Assembly (NCBI GenBank): GCA_016181765.1
Contig: JACOYR010000004.1
Location: 201,853-265,852, forward strand
Origin: Parcubacteria group bacterium
GTDB lineage: Bacteria; Patescibacteriota; Patescibacteriia; UBA2169
DNA: 64,000 nucleotides
Direction: 5' to 3'
A program made the translations under genes and the position numbers. The notes under the pieces are model-generated. The model saw only the letters and a list, made by a program, of their open reading frames with translations, had not been told where the DNA came from and made no database searches. How positions within the stretch are numbered: the first letter of the stretch is position 1; every line of letters begins with the position of its first letter. This document shows, piece after piece, positions 33,811-43,885 of this stretch.

Positions 33811-34809
33811 ATGAACATGGGTCGCACGGTGTTCGGGTACCACGCGGGCCGGGCAGGCTTGGACGCGGCCGGAGGAACTGCCGGGCCGCCGGTTGGCCTG
33901 GATGACCTCCGCAAGAGCGCGTACACGCATGTGGGCGTTCCCATGGACCACGCGGATTCCTACGTCCAAACACTCATCAGTGTTGCCGGAGTGAGAGTCA
34001 TCCGCACCATGGAAGCGCAGTGGAACCCGGGCCTGAACAAGAGAGACCTCGGCCGCATCATCCTGGACTTTGTTGATGTGCACCAGCCGGGCCCGTTCCT
34101 CTCTACCTGGCTCATCAACATTCAGGAGCCGTGCCACGGGTTTGCCTGGAATCTGGAGCACGACATCACGGACGCGAGCCTGTACCCCATCACCGCGGCG
34201 GACATGCATCTCGCCAGGCTCTGGAAGTTCAACCTCGCGGTTCCTGCCCAGTACGTCGCGTTCCGGTGCCAGCAGTTTACAATCATCGCCCGGCTCATGA
34301 AAAAGCTGGGCGCCGCGCACTGGGGCGAGTTTACGGTCATCATCTACTCCGAGTACGGGGAGGGGGCGCGCGAACGGTACGGCTGTGACTGGAACCAGCT
34401 CTCAAACCCGTTCCTCAAGCTGGGCGCAGAGGCCTTGCCGCTCATTGACTACGCCCACTGCGCCTACTTCGGCGGGGTAAAGCTCTCTCCCGAGTACCGG
34501 AACTGGCTTGCGAGCCTGCCCGAGAACGGGCTCAAGGTCCTGCACAACACCCAACTGCCGCATCCCTTAAACACCCCGGAGGGCCACCGCGGCCAGGTCG
34601 CGGACAGGCTCGGGCTGATGGCAAACCGCCCGGGAGACGGGTTCGGAAGCTGCGACGCCGAGGCGGGAAAAGGCCAGCTGCACCTCTGGGACGACCCGGA
34701 CCGGGACGTGAGCCGCGCCATCACCCAGGGCATGCGCCTTGCCAAGGACCCGGGCCTCGCCGTGCTGCAAAGCATGAGCTGGGGCCAGATCAAGGCGAGC
34801 ATGGCGTAA
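33811..34809 (+). CDS. hypothetical protein (332 aa) co-operonic with the STAS protein
   Basis: AAGGAGAG precedes the ATG, and a terminator follows the gene. No kinase, phosphatase or other known domain was recognised. Confidence 0.6.
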   Translation: MNMGRTVFGYHAGRAGLDAAGGTAGPPVGLDDLRKSAYTHVGVPMDHADSYVQTLISVAGVRVIRTMEAQWNPGLNKRDLGRIILDFVDVHQPGPFLSTWLINIQEPCHGFAWNLEHDITDASLYPITAADMHLARLWKFNLAVPAQYVAFRCQQFTIIARLMKKLGAAHWGEFTVIIYSEYGEGARERYGCDWNQLSNPFLKLGAEALPLIDYAHCAYFGGVKLSPEYRNWLASLPENGLKVLHNTQLPHPLNTPEGHRGQVADRLGLMANRPGDGFGSCDAEAGKGQLHLWDDPDRDVSRAITQGMRLAKDPGLAVLQSMSWGQIKASMA

Positions 34810-34837
34810 CGCGCGCCGCGCTCGCAGTACAACAAAC

Positions 34838-34876
34838 GGACTCCCTGCCGCTCTGGCCGGGAGTCCAATTTTTTTT
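34838..34876 (+). terminator. rho-independent terminator (ggactccc…gggagtcc plus T8) between convergent genes
   Basis: The structure was read from the sequence. Confidence 0.75.
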
Positions 34877-34886
34877 AAGGGCGAGG

Positions 34887-35846
34887 TTATCCCCAAAACT
34901 TGACGCTGTACACCGCGTACAAGAGGTACCCCATCACCAAGACCGCGCCCTCAAACCGCGTCAGCGTGTGGTGGGACTTGAAGAGTGCGGCAACCAGGAT
35001 CGCGGCAAAGATGAACGCCGGAAAGTCAAAAATCAAAAGGTCCGGGTTGATGGCAATGGGCGAAATGAGCGCGGCAACGCCCACCACCAAATGGATGTTC
35101 ATCACGTTGGAGCCGATCACATTGCCGATGCCGATGCCGGGCTGGTGCTTGGCAGCGGACACCAGGGTTACCACGAGCTCGGGGATGGACGCGCCGATTG
35201 CGATCACGAGAATGCCCACCAAGAGCTCGGACACGTTAAACTGCACGGCAAGCGCAAGGCTTGAATCAACAAACAATTTTGCGCCGAGGATGATGAGGAC
35301 AAGCCCGAGTACAATCCGCACCCAGGCCCTGCCGGTTTTGAGCGCTTCCTTCTTGCGGCGCCGGTGCTTGTGCGCGCCCAGTTCCTTGCGCATCTCCGCG
35401 TGGGACGTGCGGATGGAGTACCACTGGAACGCAATGCCGAGGAGTATGAGGATGATGGCGTCCCCGCGGCTGACCGTAAGGTCAAACGCCAGAAAGTAGA
35501 TGAGCACTGCGGCAAGCATGACCCAGGGAAACTCGTGCTTGAGGGTGCTTGCGTGGATGCGCAAAGGGGCTATCACCGCGGCCAAGCCGAACACGAGCGC
35601 GAGCTTGAGCACCGAGGAGCCGATGGCATTGCCGATGATGAGGTCATTCGCCCCGGAGAGCGAGGCCGTGATAGCGATGGACGTCTCGGGCATGATGCCC
35701 CCGAGCGTGACCACGGACAATCCCACCACCGCGGTTGAGACGCCCATTTTCGCGGCAAGCGCGGACGCGTGCGACACGAGCAAGTCAGCGCCCTTGTACA
35801 GGGCAAGTATGCCGATGCCAAAAAACAGGATTACGAAAAACATCAT
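34887..35846 (-). CDS. Na+/Ca2+ exchanger (CaCA family, YrbG-like)
   Basis: There are two alpha-repeat motifs (…GNAIGSSVLKLALVFG… and …GNVIGSNVMNIHLVVG…) and about 10 TM helices. Confidence 0.85.
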   Translation of the reverse strand: MMFFVILFFGIGILALYKGADLLVSHASALAAKMGVSTAVVGLSVVTLGGIMPETSIAITASLSGANDLIIGNAIGSSVLKLALVFGLAAVIAPLRIHASTLKHEFPWVMLAAVLIYFLAFDLTVSRGDAIILILLGIAFQWYSIRTSHAEMRKELGAHKHRRRKKEALKTGRAWVRIVLGLVLIILGAKLFVDSSLALAVQFNVSELLVGILVIAIGASIPELVVTLVSAAKHQPGIGIGNVIGSNVMNIHLVVGVAALISPIAINPDLLIFDFPAFIFAAILVAALFKSHHTLTRFEGAVLVMGYLLYAVYSVKFWG

Positions 35847-35890
35847 TGCAAACGTAGGTTAGTTTCTGTTTTGGTTTTGCGGAACTGCGG

Positions 35891-36202
35891 CTATGATGCG
35901 GCCGGTGGCGCTTCTTTTTCTTTCTTTTCCGCGGGCTCTGCGTCTTCCAGCAAGCGGAAATCCAGGTGGAATCCGCCCCAGCGCTTGGACGAAAAGTTGT
36001 ACGCCCACGCCACAACGGCGCCCACAACGGCCCCGATGATCCCGAAGAGCACAATGCCGATAACGAGCGACACCGCGCCCGTGCCGAACGCCGTGGTTCC
36101 GGTTGCCAGGGAAATGATCGCAAAGATCACGTACACCACCACCGCGAGAAAGCCAGCCACGCGGGCTGATGATTTTAGGGAAACTGTTTTTAGTTCATAC
36201 AT
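35891..36202 (-). CDS. small membrane protein (103 aa, 2 TM), hypothetical
   Basis: It is an ORF with two hydrophobic helices and a Lys/Glu-rich tail. Confidence 0.45.
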   Translation of the reverse strand: MYELKTVSLKSSARVAGFLAVVVYVIFAIISLATGTTAFGTGAVSLVIGIVLFGIIGAVVGAVVAWAYNFSSKRWGGFHLDFRLLEDAEPAEKKEKEAPPAAS

Positions 36203-36211
36203 ATGTTTTAC

Positions 36212-38581
36212 TTACCTAAACGAAACGTTGTATTTTTTTGCGAGTACTGACCGCAGTTTTTCCATAATCACATCAACTTCTTTTGATTCTAACGTCCGGT
36301 CCGTGGAGAAACAGGTGAGGCGCACGGTCAGGCTCGCGCTTGTTTCCAGGCCGTGGTAGGAATCAAACAACTCAACCTTTTTTATGAGCGGATTAAAATG
36401 GGAAATCGTAGCCTCAAGCTCCCTGTATTCTACCACAGAAGGCACGGAAAGCGAAAGGTCGCGCTCCACAACCGGGTAAAACGGAATAGGGGCGTATACT
36501 GCTTTTCCCTTTGCGCGGGCACCGGAGAGCGCCTCCACGTCAAGGAATGAGATTGCGCACGAGCTCCGAAACCGCAGTCCCGGAACCGTTCCTCTGGGAT
36601 GGATGGTGATGAATCCAATGGGACGCTTGCGGACGCCTATGCGGTACGTGCCGCGCTCCTTTTCCATGGTCAGCTGCTCACCCGTGAATGACGCGATGAT
36701 TCCGACTAAGGTGCGGAACAGTTCCTCGTCTGACTGTTTCGTGTTGATGAGCCCAATGGCCGCTTTCCAGGACTCGCCTTTTGTTTTGCGGAACACCTTG
36801 CCGATCTCAAACAAGCGGAACGCATCGCGCGAGAGCAGTGATGAATTCTTGGAAAGTTTTTCCAGCATCCACGGCCCAAGCGAAGTTCGCAGGTACGGAA
36901 ATTCATCGTTGACCGGGTTGGTAAGCTTGATGTGCTCCGCCTTTGCGTGGCCCGAAAGTTTGATGGCGCTTTCCTGGTAGAACGAGTACGTCAAAAGCTC
37001 CGTGAATCCGAGGCCCGCCAAAAAGTGGCGCAACGCATGCCGCAGCTCGTGCAAGGGTAGAACCCTCGGGCTTGCAAGCGTTGCCATGGGCAAGGTCTTG
37101 GGGAGCTTGTTGTAATCAAGCATCCTGCCGATTTCTTCTATGAGGTCAGCTTCCTCACGTGTGTCATGCATCCGCCATGACGGAATCTTGACCTCTAATT
37201 TCCCCCCTTTGCCAAGGGGGGGACGAAGGGGGGGTCTTGACGTGCCAGCCACGACAAATCCCAGTGATTGCAGGATTGACTTGATTTTTGATGCCGGAAC
37301 CGCAACTCCGAGCAAGCGATGCGCTTCAGCCACTGACAATTTGATGGAGCGCTTGGGAACTTCCGCGCTTCCGGATGACACAATGCCTTTGAGCACCACG
37401 CCGCCTGCCAGGTCGCGGATAGAGGCGGCGGCGCGGTCAATCGCCTCTTCTACGATACTTGGGTCCACGCCTTTTTCAAATCTGCTGGATGATTCACTGC
37501 GCAATCCAAGAGCTTTTGACGTTGCGCGCACAGATGCGCTATTGAACACCGCAGCCTCCAGGATGATGTTCTGGGTGCCGTTATTGATGCCGGATTCTTT
37601 ACCCCCCATAACCCCGGCAATTGCCGCGGCGCGCTTCTCATCAGCCACCACGAGCATGCTTTCCGTGAGCGTGTAGGTTGCATCGTCCAAGGCAATGATT
37701 TTTTCCCCGCGCTTTGCGCGCCTAACAGTTATCGTGTCCCCTGCCATCTTGTTCGCGTCAAATGCGTGCAAGGGGTGGCCCAACTCGTACATCACGTAGT
37801 TTGTCGCGTCAACCACGTTGTTGATGGATGCAATGCCAGCCTGGGCGAGCCGGTTGGAAAGCCACAGCGGAGACGGCGCGACTGAAACGCCCTGGATCAC
37901 GCGGGCGCAATAGAGCGGGCAGAGCTTCTTGTCCGCGATTTTAACGGTGAGAGATGATGATGCGCTGGTGCCGCTTTCCTTTATTCCCCCTCCTTTATTA
38001 AGGAGGGGGCGAGGGGGTGGTTTGAGCTTGAGCCCATACAGCGCCGCAACCTCCCTCGCAAGCCCGCGTATGGAAAAACAGTCGCTGCGGTTCGGGGTAA
38101 TGGCAAGCTCCAGCACAGCCTCATCTAATCCAAGAAATTTGACCGCGTCAGCCCCTATTTTCGCGTCTTTGGGAAGAATAAAAATGCCGGAGTGGTCATC
38201 GTTTATGCCCAGTTCTCTTGGTGAGGCCAACATGCCGTGTGATTTGATGCCGCGCACGGATCTAGCCTCTATCTTCAAGCCCGGAACGCTTCCGCCAACC
38301 AAAACGCAGGGAACCTTTTGGCCGACCGCAATGTTCGGGGCGCCGCACACAATTTCCAGCAATGACTTGTTGCCCACATCAACGTACGCGATCTGCAACT
38401 TGTCCGCGTTCGGGTGCGGCTTAATGTTTTTGATCTGGCCCACCACGATTTTTGACAAACCATTGGCATTGTCCGTAATCTTCTCAACTTCTGAACCGGA
38501 CAGCGTTAAGCGCTCCGCAATCTCGTGCGGTTTCGCTTTCACGTTCACAAATTCTTTCAGCCAACTGATTGGTAGATTCAT
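36212..38581 (-). CDS. pheT: phenylalanyl-tRNA synthetase beta subunit
   Basis: The N-terminal tRNA-binding domain (MNLPISWLKEFVNVKAKPHEIAERLTLSGSEVEKI), the B3/4, B5 and FDX-ACB regions are present. Two GC palindromic elements (37201-37236 and 37986-38022) are inserted in frame. Confidence 0.95.
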   Translation of the reverse strand: MNLPISWLKEFVNVKAKPHEIAERLTLSGSEVEKITDNANGLSKIVVGQIKNIKPHPNADKLQIAYVDVGNKSLLEIVCGAPNIAVGQKVPCVLVGGSVPGLKIEARSVRGIKSHGMLASPRELGINDDHSGIFILPKDAKIGADAVKFLGLDEAVLELAITPNRSDCFSIRGLAREVAALYGLKLKPPPRPLLNKGGGIKESGTSASSSLTVKIADKKLCPLYCARVIQGVSVAPSPLWLSNRLAQAGIASINNVVDATNYVMYELGHPLHAFDANKMAGDTITVRRAKRGEKIIALDDATYTLTESMLVVADEKRAAAIAGVMGGKESGINNGTQNIILEAAVFNSASVRATSKALGLRSESSSRFEKGVDPSIVEEAIDRAAASIRDLAGGVVLKGIVSSGSAEVPKRSIKLSVAEAHRLLGVAVPASKIKSILQSLGFVVAGTSRPPLRPPLGKGGKLEVKIPSWRMHDTREEADLIEEIGRMLDYNKLPKTLPMATLASPRVLPLHELRHALRHFLAGLGFTELLTYSFYQESAIKLSGHAKAEHIKLTNPVNDEFPYLRTSLGPWMLEKLSKNSSLLSRDAFRLFEIGKVFRKTKGESWKAAIGLINTKQSDEELFRTLVGIIASFTGEQLTMEKERGTYRIGVRKRPIGFITIHPRGTVPGLRFRSSCAISFLDVEALSGARAKGKAVYAPIPFYPVVERDLSLSVPSVVEYRELEATISHFNPLIKKVELFDSYHGLETSASLTVRLTCFSTDRTLESKEVDVIMEKLRSVLAKKYNVSFR

Positions 38582-38582
38582 A

Positions 38583-39608
38583 TTAAAACTGCTCAATAAA
38601 CCGCAAATCCCCGCCGTATGAGAGGCGGATGTCATCAACCCCGTAATACAGCATCATCAAGCGGTCAATGCCCAGGCCGAACGCAAAGCCGGACCACTGT
38701 GCGGGGTCAACCCCCATATTAGCCAATACATTCGGGTGCACCATGCCCGAGCCGAGCGTCTCTATCCAGCCTGACTGCTTGCAGAACGAACAGCCCTTTC
38801 CCCTGCACAGTAAACAGCTCATATCAATGTCCATGGACGGCTCCGTAAACGGGTAAAAGTGCGGGCGCACACGGATTTTGACCGCATCTCCGTACAAGCG
38901 TTTGAGGAAGAGTTCCAGGGTTCCCATGAGGTCGGTCACGCTGATGGCGCGGTCAATCACCAGGCCCTCCACTTGGTAGAACGTGGTTTCGTGCCCCGCA
39001 TCCGTTCGCTCGTTGCGGAACACGCGCCCCGGAACCAGTAATCGCACCGGCGGCTTACGCGTCTTCATGGCGCGGATTTGCACGGGAGACGTGTGTGTGC
39101 GCAGCACTAAGGGGCGGCCGCGCTTGTCAGCCTTGCCAACGTAAAACGTGTCCTGGATGTCGCGCGAGGGGTGGTCGCGCGGCACGTTCAGCAAATCAAA
39201 ATTATACTCCTGGGTCTCCATCTCCGGGCCCTCCACCACCTCATACCCCATCGGAACGAAAATAGCTTCTATCTTTTCCAAAAAAAGGGTGATGGGGTGC
39301 ACATGCCCGACTGCGGGCGCAATTCCCGGAAGCGTGTGGTCAAACTTACGTGACGTTGATGTGCCTGCTGGCGAAACAGATTTCTTTTTTTGGATGATGT
39401 CCAAAATGTCTTTTTTGACGTCATTGATGAGCTTCCCGACTGCCGGGCGTTCCGCGTCAGCCAAAGATTTCATTTCCTTGGAGATGCGCGCGAGCTCTGC
39501 TTTGCGCCCCAAAAACTGCGTGTACAGCTTTTCAATGGCTGCCGCGTCAGTTGCTTTCTCAAACGCAGCCATTGCGTCCTTCCGCAGTTGTTCCAGGCGC
39601 TTCTTCAT
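38583..39608 (-). CDS. pheS: phenylalanyl-tRNA synthetase alpha subunit
   Basis: Class II motifs …FYQVEGLVID… and …FTEPSMDID… are present. Confidence 0.95.
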   Translation of the reverse strand: MKKRLEQLRKDAMAAFEKATDAAAIEKLYTQFLGRKAELARISKEMKSLADAERPAVGKLINDVKKDILDIIQKKKSVSPAGTSTSRKFDHTLPGIAPAVGHVHPITLFLEKIEAIFVPMGYEVVEGPEMETQEYNFDLLNVPRDHPSRDIQDTFYVGKADKRGRPLVLRTHTSPVQIRAMKTRKPPVRLLVPGRVFRNERTDAGHETTFYQVEGLVIDRAISVTDLMGTLELFLKRLYGDAVKIRVRPHFYPFTEPSMDIDMSCLLCRGKGCSFCKQSGWIETLGSGMVHPNVLANMGVDPAQWSGFAFGLGIDRLMMLYYGVDDIRLSYGGDLRFIEQF

Positions 39609-39979
39609 AGCCCCTGCGCCTCCTCCTTGCCGATGAAGAACACCTCAATCAGCACCACCGCAATAATGAGGATCCCTGCGTTCCACCAGGTGAGCAGTTC
39701 AAAGCGCGAGAGATACAAAGCCAGCACCACCACGATTGACAAAAATGACGCTTGGCGCAGGCTTACGGCGACTGGCCGATCTTTCTTGCGCAAGCGGCGT
39801 GTTGCGAGCATGAGCGTGCCGAGCAAGCCCCATAAAAACAAAAACAGAGATGCGGTCACAAACACAAACCCGGTCCACGCCGCTGACCTCGGATCAACAT
39901 TGGTGAGGCCGAAAAACAAGAGCCCCGCAAAAACGAGGGTCGTAACCAACATGCCGATGATGGCGTTTTTGTGTTCCAT
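39605..39979 (-). CDS. hypothetical membrane protein (about 125 aa, 4 TM)
   Basis: The ORF opens at 40120, and the Met at 39979 (MEHKNAIIGMLVTTLVF…) is the likely start. It is translationally coupled to pheS. Confidence 0.5.
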   Translation of the reverse strand: MEHKNAIIGMLVTTLVFAGLLFFGLTNVDPRSAAWTGFVFVTASLFLFLWGLLGTLMLATRRLRKKDRPVAVSLRQASFLSIVVVLALYLSRFELLTWWNAGILIIAVVLIEVFFIGKEEAQGL

Positions 39980-40028
39980 ACAGCCTGTATTGTAATAGAA
40001 ACACGCCCTTTTGACAATACGGGGCGCC

Positions 40029-43000
40029 CTAGATGATGCCCGCCTCCCCCAAATCACGGAGGTACTCCACGTCTTCGGACGGGAAAAACCGGTCCTCGGA
40101 AGGGCTAAAGTCGCTCTCATGGATGCGCTTGATCACGCCTAATATCCAGTCTTTCACTTCCTGCTTGTCTTTGTCCGTCCCGATGAATGGCACGAGATTT
40201 TCTCCAGACTTAATGTTCTCGGCATCAATATAGTGGTACGCCAGCTCGCCAATTTTTTCCCTGAACACCTCTTCCGCCGCAATCTGGTAGATGAGGAGCT
40301 GGAACTTGTCCTCTTTGGAGAGCGCTTTTTTGGGCGTGCCGGTCTTGTAGTCAACGATCCTAATGGAGCCGTCAGCCAGCTGGTCGCAGCGGTCCATCCT
40401 GCCCACAATGGTATACTCCCCGACTTTGATGCTGAATCCGCGCTCAAGCGCTTTTACCTGCGGGACAACGCCGGATTGAGAGAGGTGTTCGTAAAAATCC
40501 TTGAGCCGGCTTGCGCCTTGCTTGCGGTATTTTTCTTTCTGCTCCGCGTCCTCGTACCAGTCATCAATCCAGCTCTTTTCATAGATGTCCAACAGCTCAT
40601 CAAGCGCCACGCTTAATCCGTTTTTTGGCGATTCAGTGCGGTTGCCGAACAAATCAGTCTGCCCTGCCCGCTGCTTCTGCGAAACCAGCTGGAAAAACTG
40701 CTGCAAGGCGGCGTGCATGGTGGAGCCGTAGCTGAACACGTACTTCCCTTTCATAGGCACCTTGTAGATGAACTGCAGTTTGTACTCAAACGGGTCAGCG
40801 TCAAAAATTTTAAGCTGGGTGAACGAAAAGCGCGTGGGAATCGGGAGCTTGAACGGCGCTGTCGGGCCGCGGCGGGCGCGGGGCAAAAAGCTCGTGTGGT
40901 CTCCGGCCAGGGCCTTAACGCTCGGCGCAAACGGCTTGTGCGCTTCTCCAAGTTCAACCAAAAAACGCGATAATTTTTTCTTCTGCGTTCCGCCGTAGCT
41001 CTCGGCAGAGGTAAAAAAGAGCCCACTCTTCGCGCGCGTCATGGCCACGTAAAACAACCGTCGCTCTTCCTCCAGGTGGTGGTCCCCCTCGGGAATCACT
41101 TCTTTGATGAGCGCATCCGGAATCTCAATAGCCTCGCGGCGTTCAATGGTCGGAAACCTCCGGTCCACCAGGTTGGTGACGAATACATATTTGAATTCCA
41201 AGCCTTTGGCGCTGTGTATGGTCATGACCCGCACCATTTCCGGCCCGCTTTCCGCATCCGGCGGCAGGGACCCGGAATCCCCGGAATCGCGTTCCTGTTT
41301 GATGATGCTGACGATATCTTTGACGCGGCCGTCCCCGATCGCGGCCTCAATTTCCTTGAGATGCTCCCAAAAGTAGCGCAAGTACCGGTATTCGCGCATT
41401 GAATCCGCATCCGGCATAGCGTTCAGATAATCAAAGTACCCCTCATCCTGCATCCAATCAAATAATAGTGAGGTTGGCTTTTGGGTCTTGGCTGCATCCC
41501 CGTACTTTTCAATCCAGGACCGCACGCGTTGCATCTCAAGCAGCGCGTCACTGTCCGAAATACCGGCCCGCTGGGGCGCGCGCAAAAGCTCGTACAAGGC
41601 AACATTCTTTTTTGATGCGTAGTGCGTAAGCTTGATGATATCCTCAATCGGGATAGTTAAAAACAGAAGATTCAGCAAGCGGAATATGGCGCGCGACTCG
41701 TGGTAATCGTCCAACACGTCAAAAAACGCGAGAATGTTCGCCACAATGGTGGTTTTGTACAGCCCGGATGCCGCATAATTTTGGTGCGGGATGTTGATTG
41801 ATGCGAGCGCATCTTCAAAAATCGCGGCTTGACTGTTTGCGCGGACCAAAACCGCAAAATCGTTCCAGGTAGCATCCTTGTCCCGCTTTTTTAATTCGGC
41901 GATTGTTTCCGCCACAACGCGCGCCTCGTCCGGCGCTGACGCGCAGTGCAAGTGCTCAACTTTCGCAATTTCCTTGGTCTGTGATACAAGCTTTTTATTT
42001 AGATCAAACTGCTTGGCAGCCTCCAGGCGGTTCGGGTTGTTGAGCTGGATAAAGTCGTACGCCGCGTCCAGAATGGCCTGGCCGCTGCGGTAATTTTTTA
42101 CGAGCGCCACCGTGGCCACATCCTTATAGTCTTTTGAAAATTGAATGACATTGGACATGCTTGCCCCGCGGAACCGGTAAATGGACTGGTCATCATCCGC
42201 CACCACCGTAAGATTGTCCTGGGGCTTGGCCAGCATTTTCACCAATTCATACTGCGCCCAGTTCGTGTCCTGGAACTCGTCAACCAGCACGTGCTTGAAC
42301 TGCTCCTGGTACTTTTTGAGCACGCCCGGGCGCTCGCGGAACAGCTTCAAGGTATAGTTGATGAGATCCCCGAAATCCATCTTGTTATTATCCAGCAAGA
42401 GCTGCTGGTAGGCGTGATACGCATTCGCCATTTCCACGACGCGACACGCCTCCTCCGAATCCCTCTTCTCTGTCTTTGAACTTTGAGCTTTGAACTTTGA
42501 ACTTTTGCCGCCGCTCGCCTCCATGTCATCAGATGATGCCCGCAAAGATTCCGCATATTCTAAATACGCCTCCGGCGTTATCTCTTCATCTTTCAAACGC
42601 GAAAAGTGCGAGAGCATGGAGCGGATGAACTTGGTGGGATTGTTCGTGGGCTGGTAGTAGTCCAAATTAAATTTCTGCAAGTGCGCGCGCACCAAGAGCC
42701 ACTGGCCCGTGCCATCCAAGAGCTCAACATCCCCGGGCAAGCCAATGTCCAGGGCATGGCTGTCCAAAATACGCTGGCAGAACGTGTGGAACGTGGACAC
42801 CCACAAATCCACGTACCCGTACGGCAGAAGCTTATCGCAGCGCTCAATCATTTCATCAGCCGCCTTGTTGGTGAAGGTCAAGGCCAATATCTCGTCCGGC
42901 TTGATGCCTTGCTCCATAATCAACCAGGCAATCCTACGGGTGATAACCGTGGTTTTGCCGGTGCCGGCTCCGGCCACAATCAAAAGTGGCTTGCCTTTGT

Positions 43001-43091
43001 GCTCAACCGCCTTTTTCTGTTCCGGATTGAGCCCTTCTAATATCTCCCCTACTCGCTGAGGAGGGGGCGAGGAGGTGATTTCTGTTTCCAT
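40029..43091 (-). CDS. UvrD/PcrA-family helicase fused to a C-terminal PD-(D/E)xK (RecB/Cas4-like) nuclease domain
   Basis: The Walker A segment is LLIVAGAGTGKTTVI, and UvrD motifs follow. The C-terminus …GRMDRCDQLADGSIRIVDYKTG… matches the nuclease. The product is 1020 aa. Confidence 0.85.
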   Translation of the reverse strand: METEITSSPPPQRVGEILEGLNPEQKKAVEHKGKPLLIVAGAGTGKTTVITRRIAWLIMEQGIKPDEILALTFTNKAADEMIERCDKLLPYGYVDLWVSTFHTFCQRILDSHALDIGLPGDVELLDGTGQWLLVRAHLQKFNLDYYQPTNNPTKFIRSMLSHFSRLKDEEITPEAYLEYAESLRASSDDMEASGGKSSKFKAQSSKTEKRDSEEACRVVEMANAYHAYQQLLLDNNKMDFGDLINYTLKLFRERPGVLKKYQEQFKHVLVDEFQDTNWAQYELVKMLAKPQDNLTVVADDDQSIYRFRGASMSNVIQFSKDYKDVATVALVKNYRSGQAILDAAYDFIQLNNPNRLEAAKQFDLNKKLVSQTKEIAKVEHLHCASAPDEARVVAETIAELKKRDKDATWNDFAVLVRANSQAAIFEDALASINIPHQNYAASGLYKTTIVANILAFFDVLDDYHESRAIFRLLNLLFLTIPIEDIIKLTHYASKKNVALYELLRAPQRAGISDSDALLEMQRVRSWIEKYGDAAKTQKPTSLLFDWMQDEGYFDYLNAMPDADSMREYRYLRYFWEHLKEIEAAIGDGRVKDIVSIIKQERDSGDSGSLPPDAESGPEMVRVMTIHSAKGLEFKYVFVTNLVDRRFPTIERREAIEIPDALIKEVIPEGDHHLEEERRLFYVAMTRAKSGLFFTSAESYGGTQKKKLSRFLVELGEAHKPFAPSVKALAGDHTSFLPRARRGPTAPFKLPIPTRFSFTQLKIFDADPFEYKLQFIYKVPMKGKYVFSYGSTMHAALQQFFQLVSQKQRAGQTDLFGNRTESPKNGLSVALDELLDIYEKSWIDDWYEDAEQKEKYRKQGASRLKDFYEHLSQSGVVPQVKALERGFSIKVGEYTIVGRMDRCDQLADGSIRIVDYKTGTPKKALSKEDKFQLLIYQIAAEEVFREKIGELAYHYIDAENIKSGENLVPFIGTDKDKQEVKDWILGVIKRIHESDFSPSEDRFFPSEDVEYLRDLGEAGII

Positions 43092-43184
43092 AGCTCTATT
43101 GTATCACAACCTTGCGAATTTACAGCCATATTAGCGAAAAATCATTATTTTAGGCTAATTAAAGCCCTATTTTACTACCGGTAT

Positions 43185-43213
43185 TTGACTATTTTCTATG
43201 GGTATGGTATAAT
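43185..43213 (+). promoter_or_regulatory. near-consensus promoter TTGACT-17-TATAAT with extended -10 TGGTATAAT
   Basis: The + strand reads gtatTTGACTattttctatgggtaTGGTATAATtat. Confidence 0.65.
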
Positions 43214-43302
43214 TATATAGTGAATTGAGGGCTTGAGAGAACAAATAGAGATTCTTGTTCCATATTCCGCCAGAAAGGCGGACACATTTGGGGAGGTGTG
43301 AT

Positions 43303-43638
43303 ATGCAACGTCTTGCAGGAGCGGTGTTGCTCGCCATCGTGGCGGGCGTTGTGATGTACAGCATGCACGTGGACCGCCAGTACGAGGTCATGGCGGCCCG
43401 CGCGGCGTGGGAGGAAGCCGCGACACTCAACCGGCCGAGCGCCACAGCGCAAACCCTCCTGTGCCGCATAGAGCGGCACAAGGACACCATCATCGCGGAT
43501 GGCATTGCGTCCGCAGACTCGTTTCAGGCCGTCCAGAGCCGCCTGGATATGCTGTGGGAGGCCTACTGCTGGCTGGAAGACGAGCGGCTCGCGGCATCGC
43601 CAGCCGCAGGGGGCGAGGTCACGCTCGGCAACGAGTAA
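43303..43638 (+). CDS. small membrane-anchored hypothetical protein (111 aa)
   Basis: GGGGAGG sits 7 nt upstream of the ATG at 43303, and there is an N-terminal TM helix (LAGAVLLAIVAGVVMY). The ORF is open from 43255. Confidence 0.5.
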   Translation: MQRLAGAVLLAIVAGVVMYSMHVDRQYEVMAARAAWEEAATLNRPSATAQTLLCRIERHKDTIIADGIASADSFQAVQSRLDMLWEAYCWLEDERLAASPAAGGEVTLGNE

Positions 43639-43885
43639 CACCGCGGGCGCCGCGCCAACACTGGACTGACCCCCCTCCCCCGAAGCCCGACTGGACTCAC
43701 GTCCGCCGGGCTTCTTTATTTTTGTGTGAATGGCCCTATTGCTTAATCTTCCTTATAAACTCCTCGGGCGCAACAACAGTTGTAGGGCTCTCACTCGCGC
43801 TTGCAACAAGGTAGGGTGTATTGTTGTATTCTTCGTACATTATTGCTATAATGCAATTATTGATAACTCCTTACCTTTCAAACCT

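Noticed and set aside
39148-39636. Various + strand ORFs inside pheS, pheT, the helicase and atp genes from the six-frame track
   Set aside because: These overlap well-supported housekeeping genes on the opposite strand, have no start or ribosome-binding-site context, and are typical of the long antisense ORFs produced by 60% GC.
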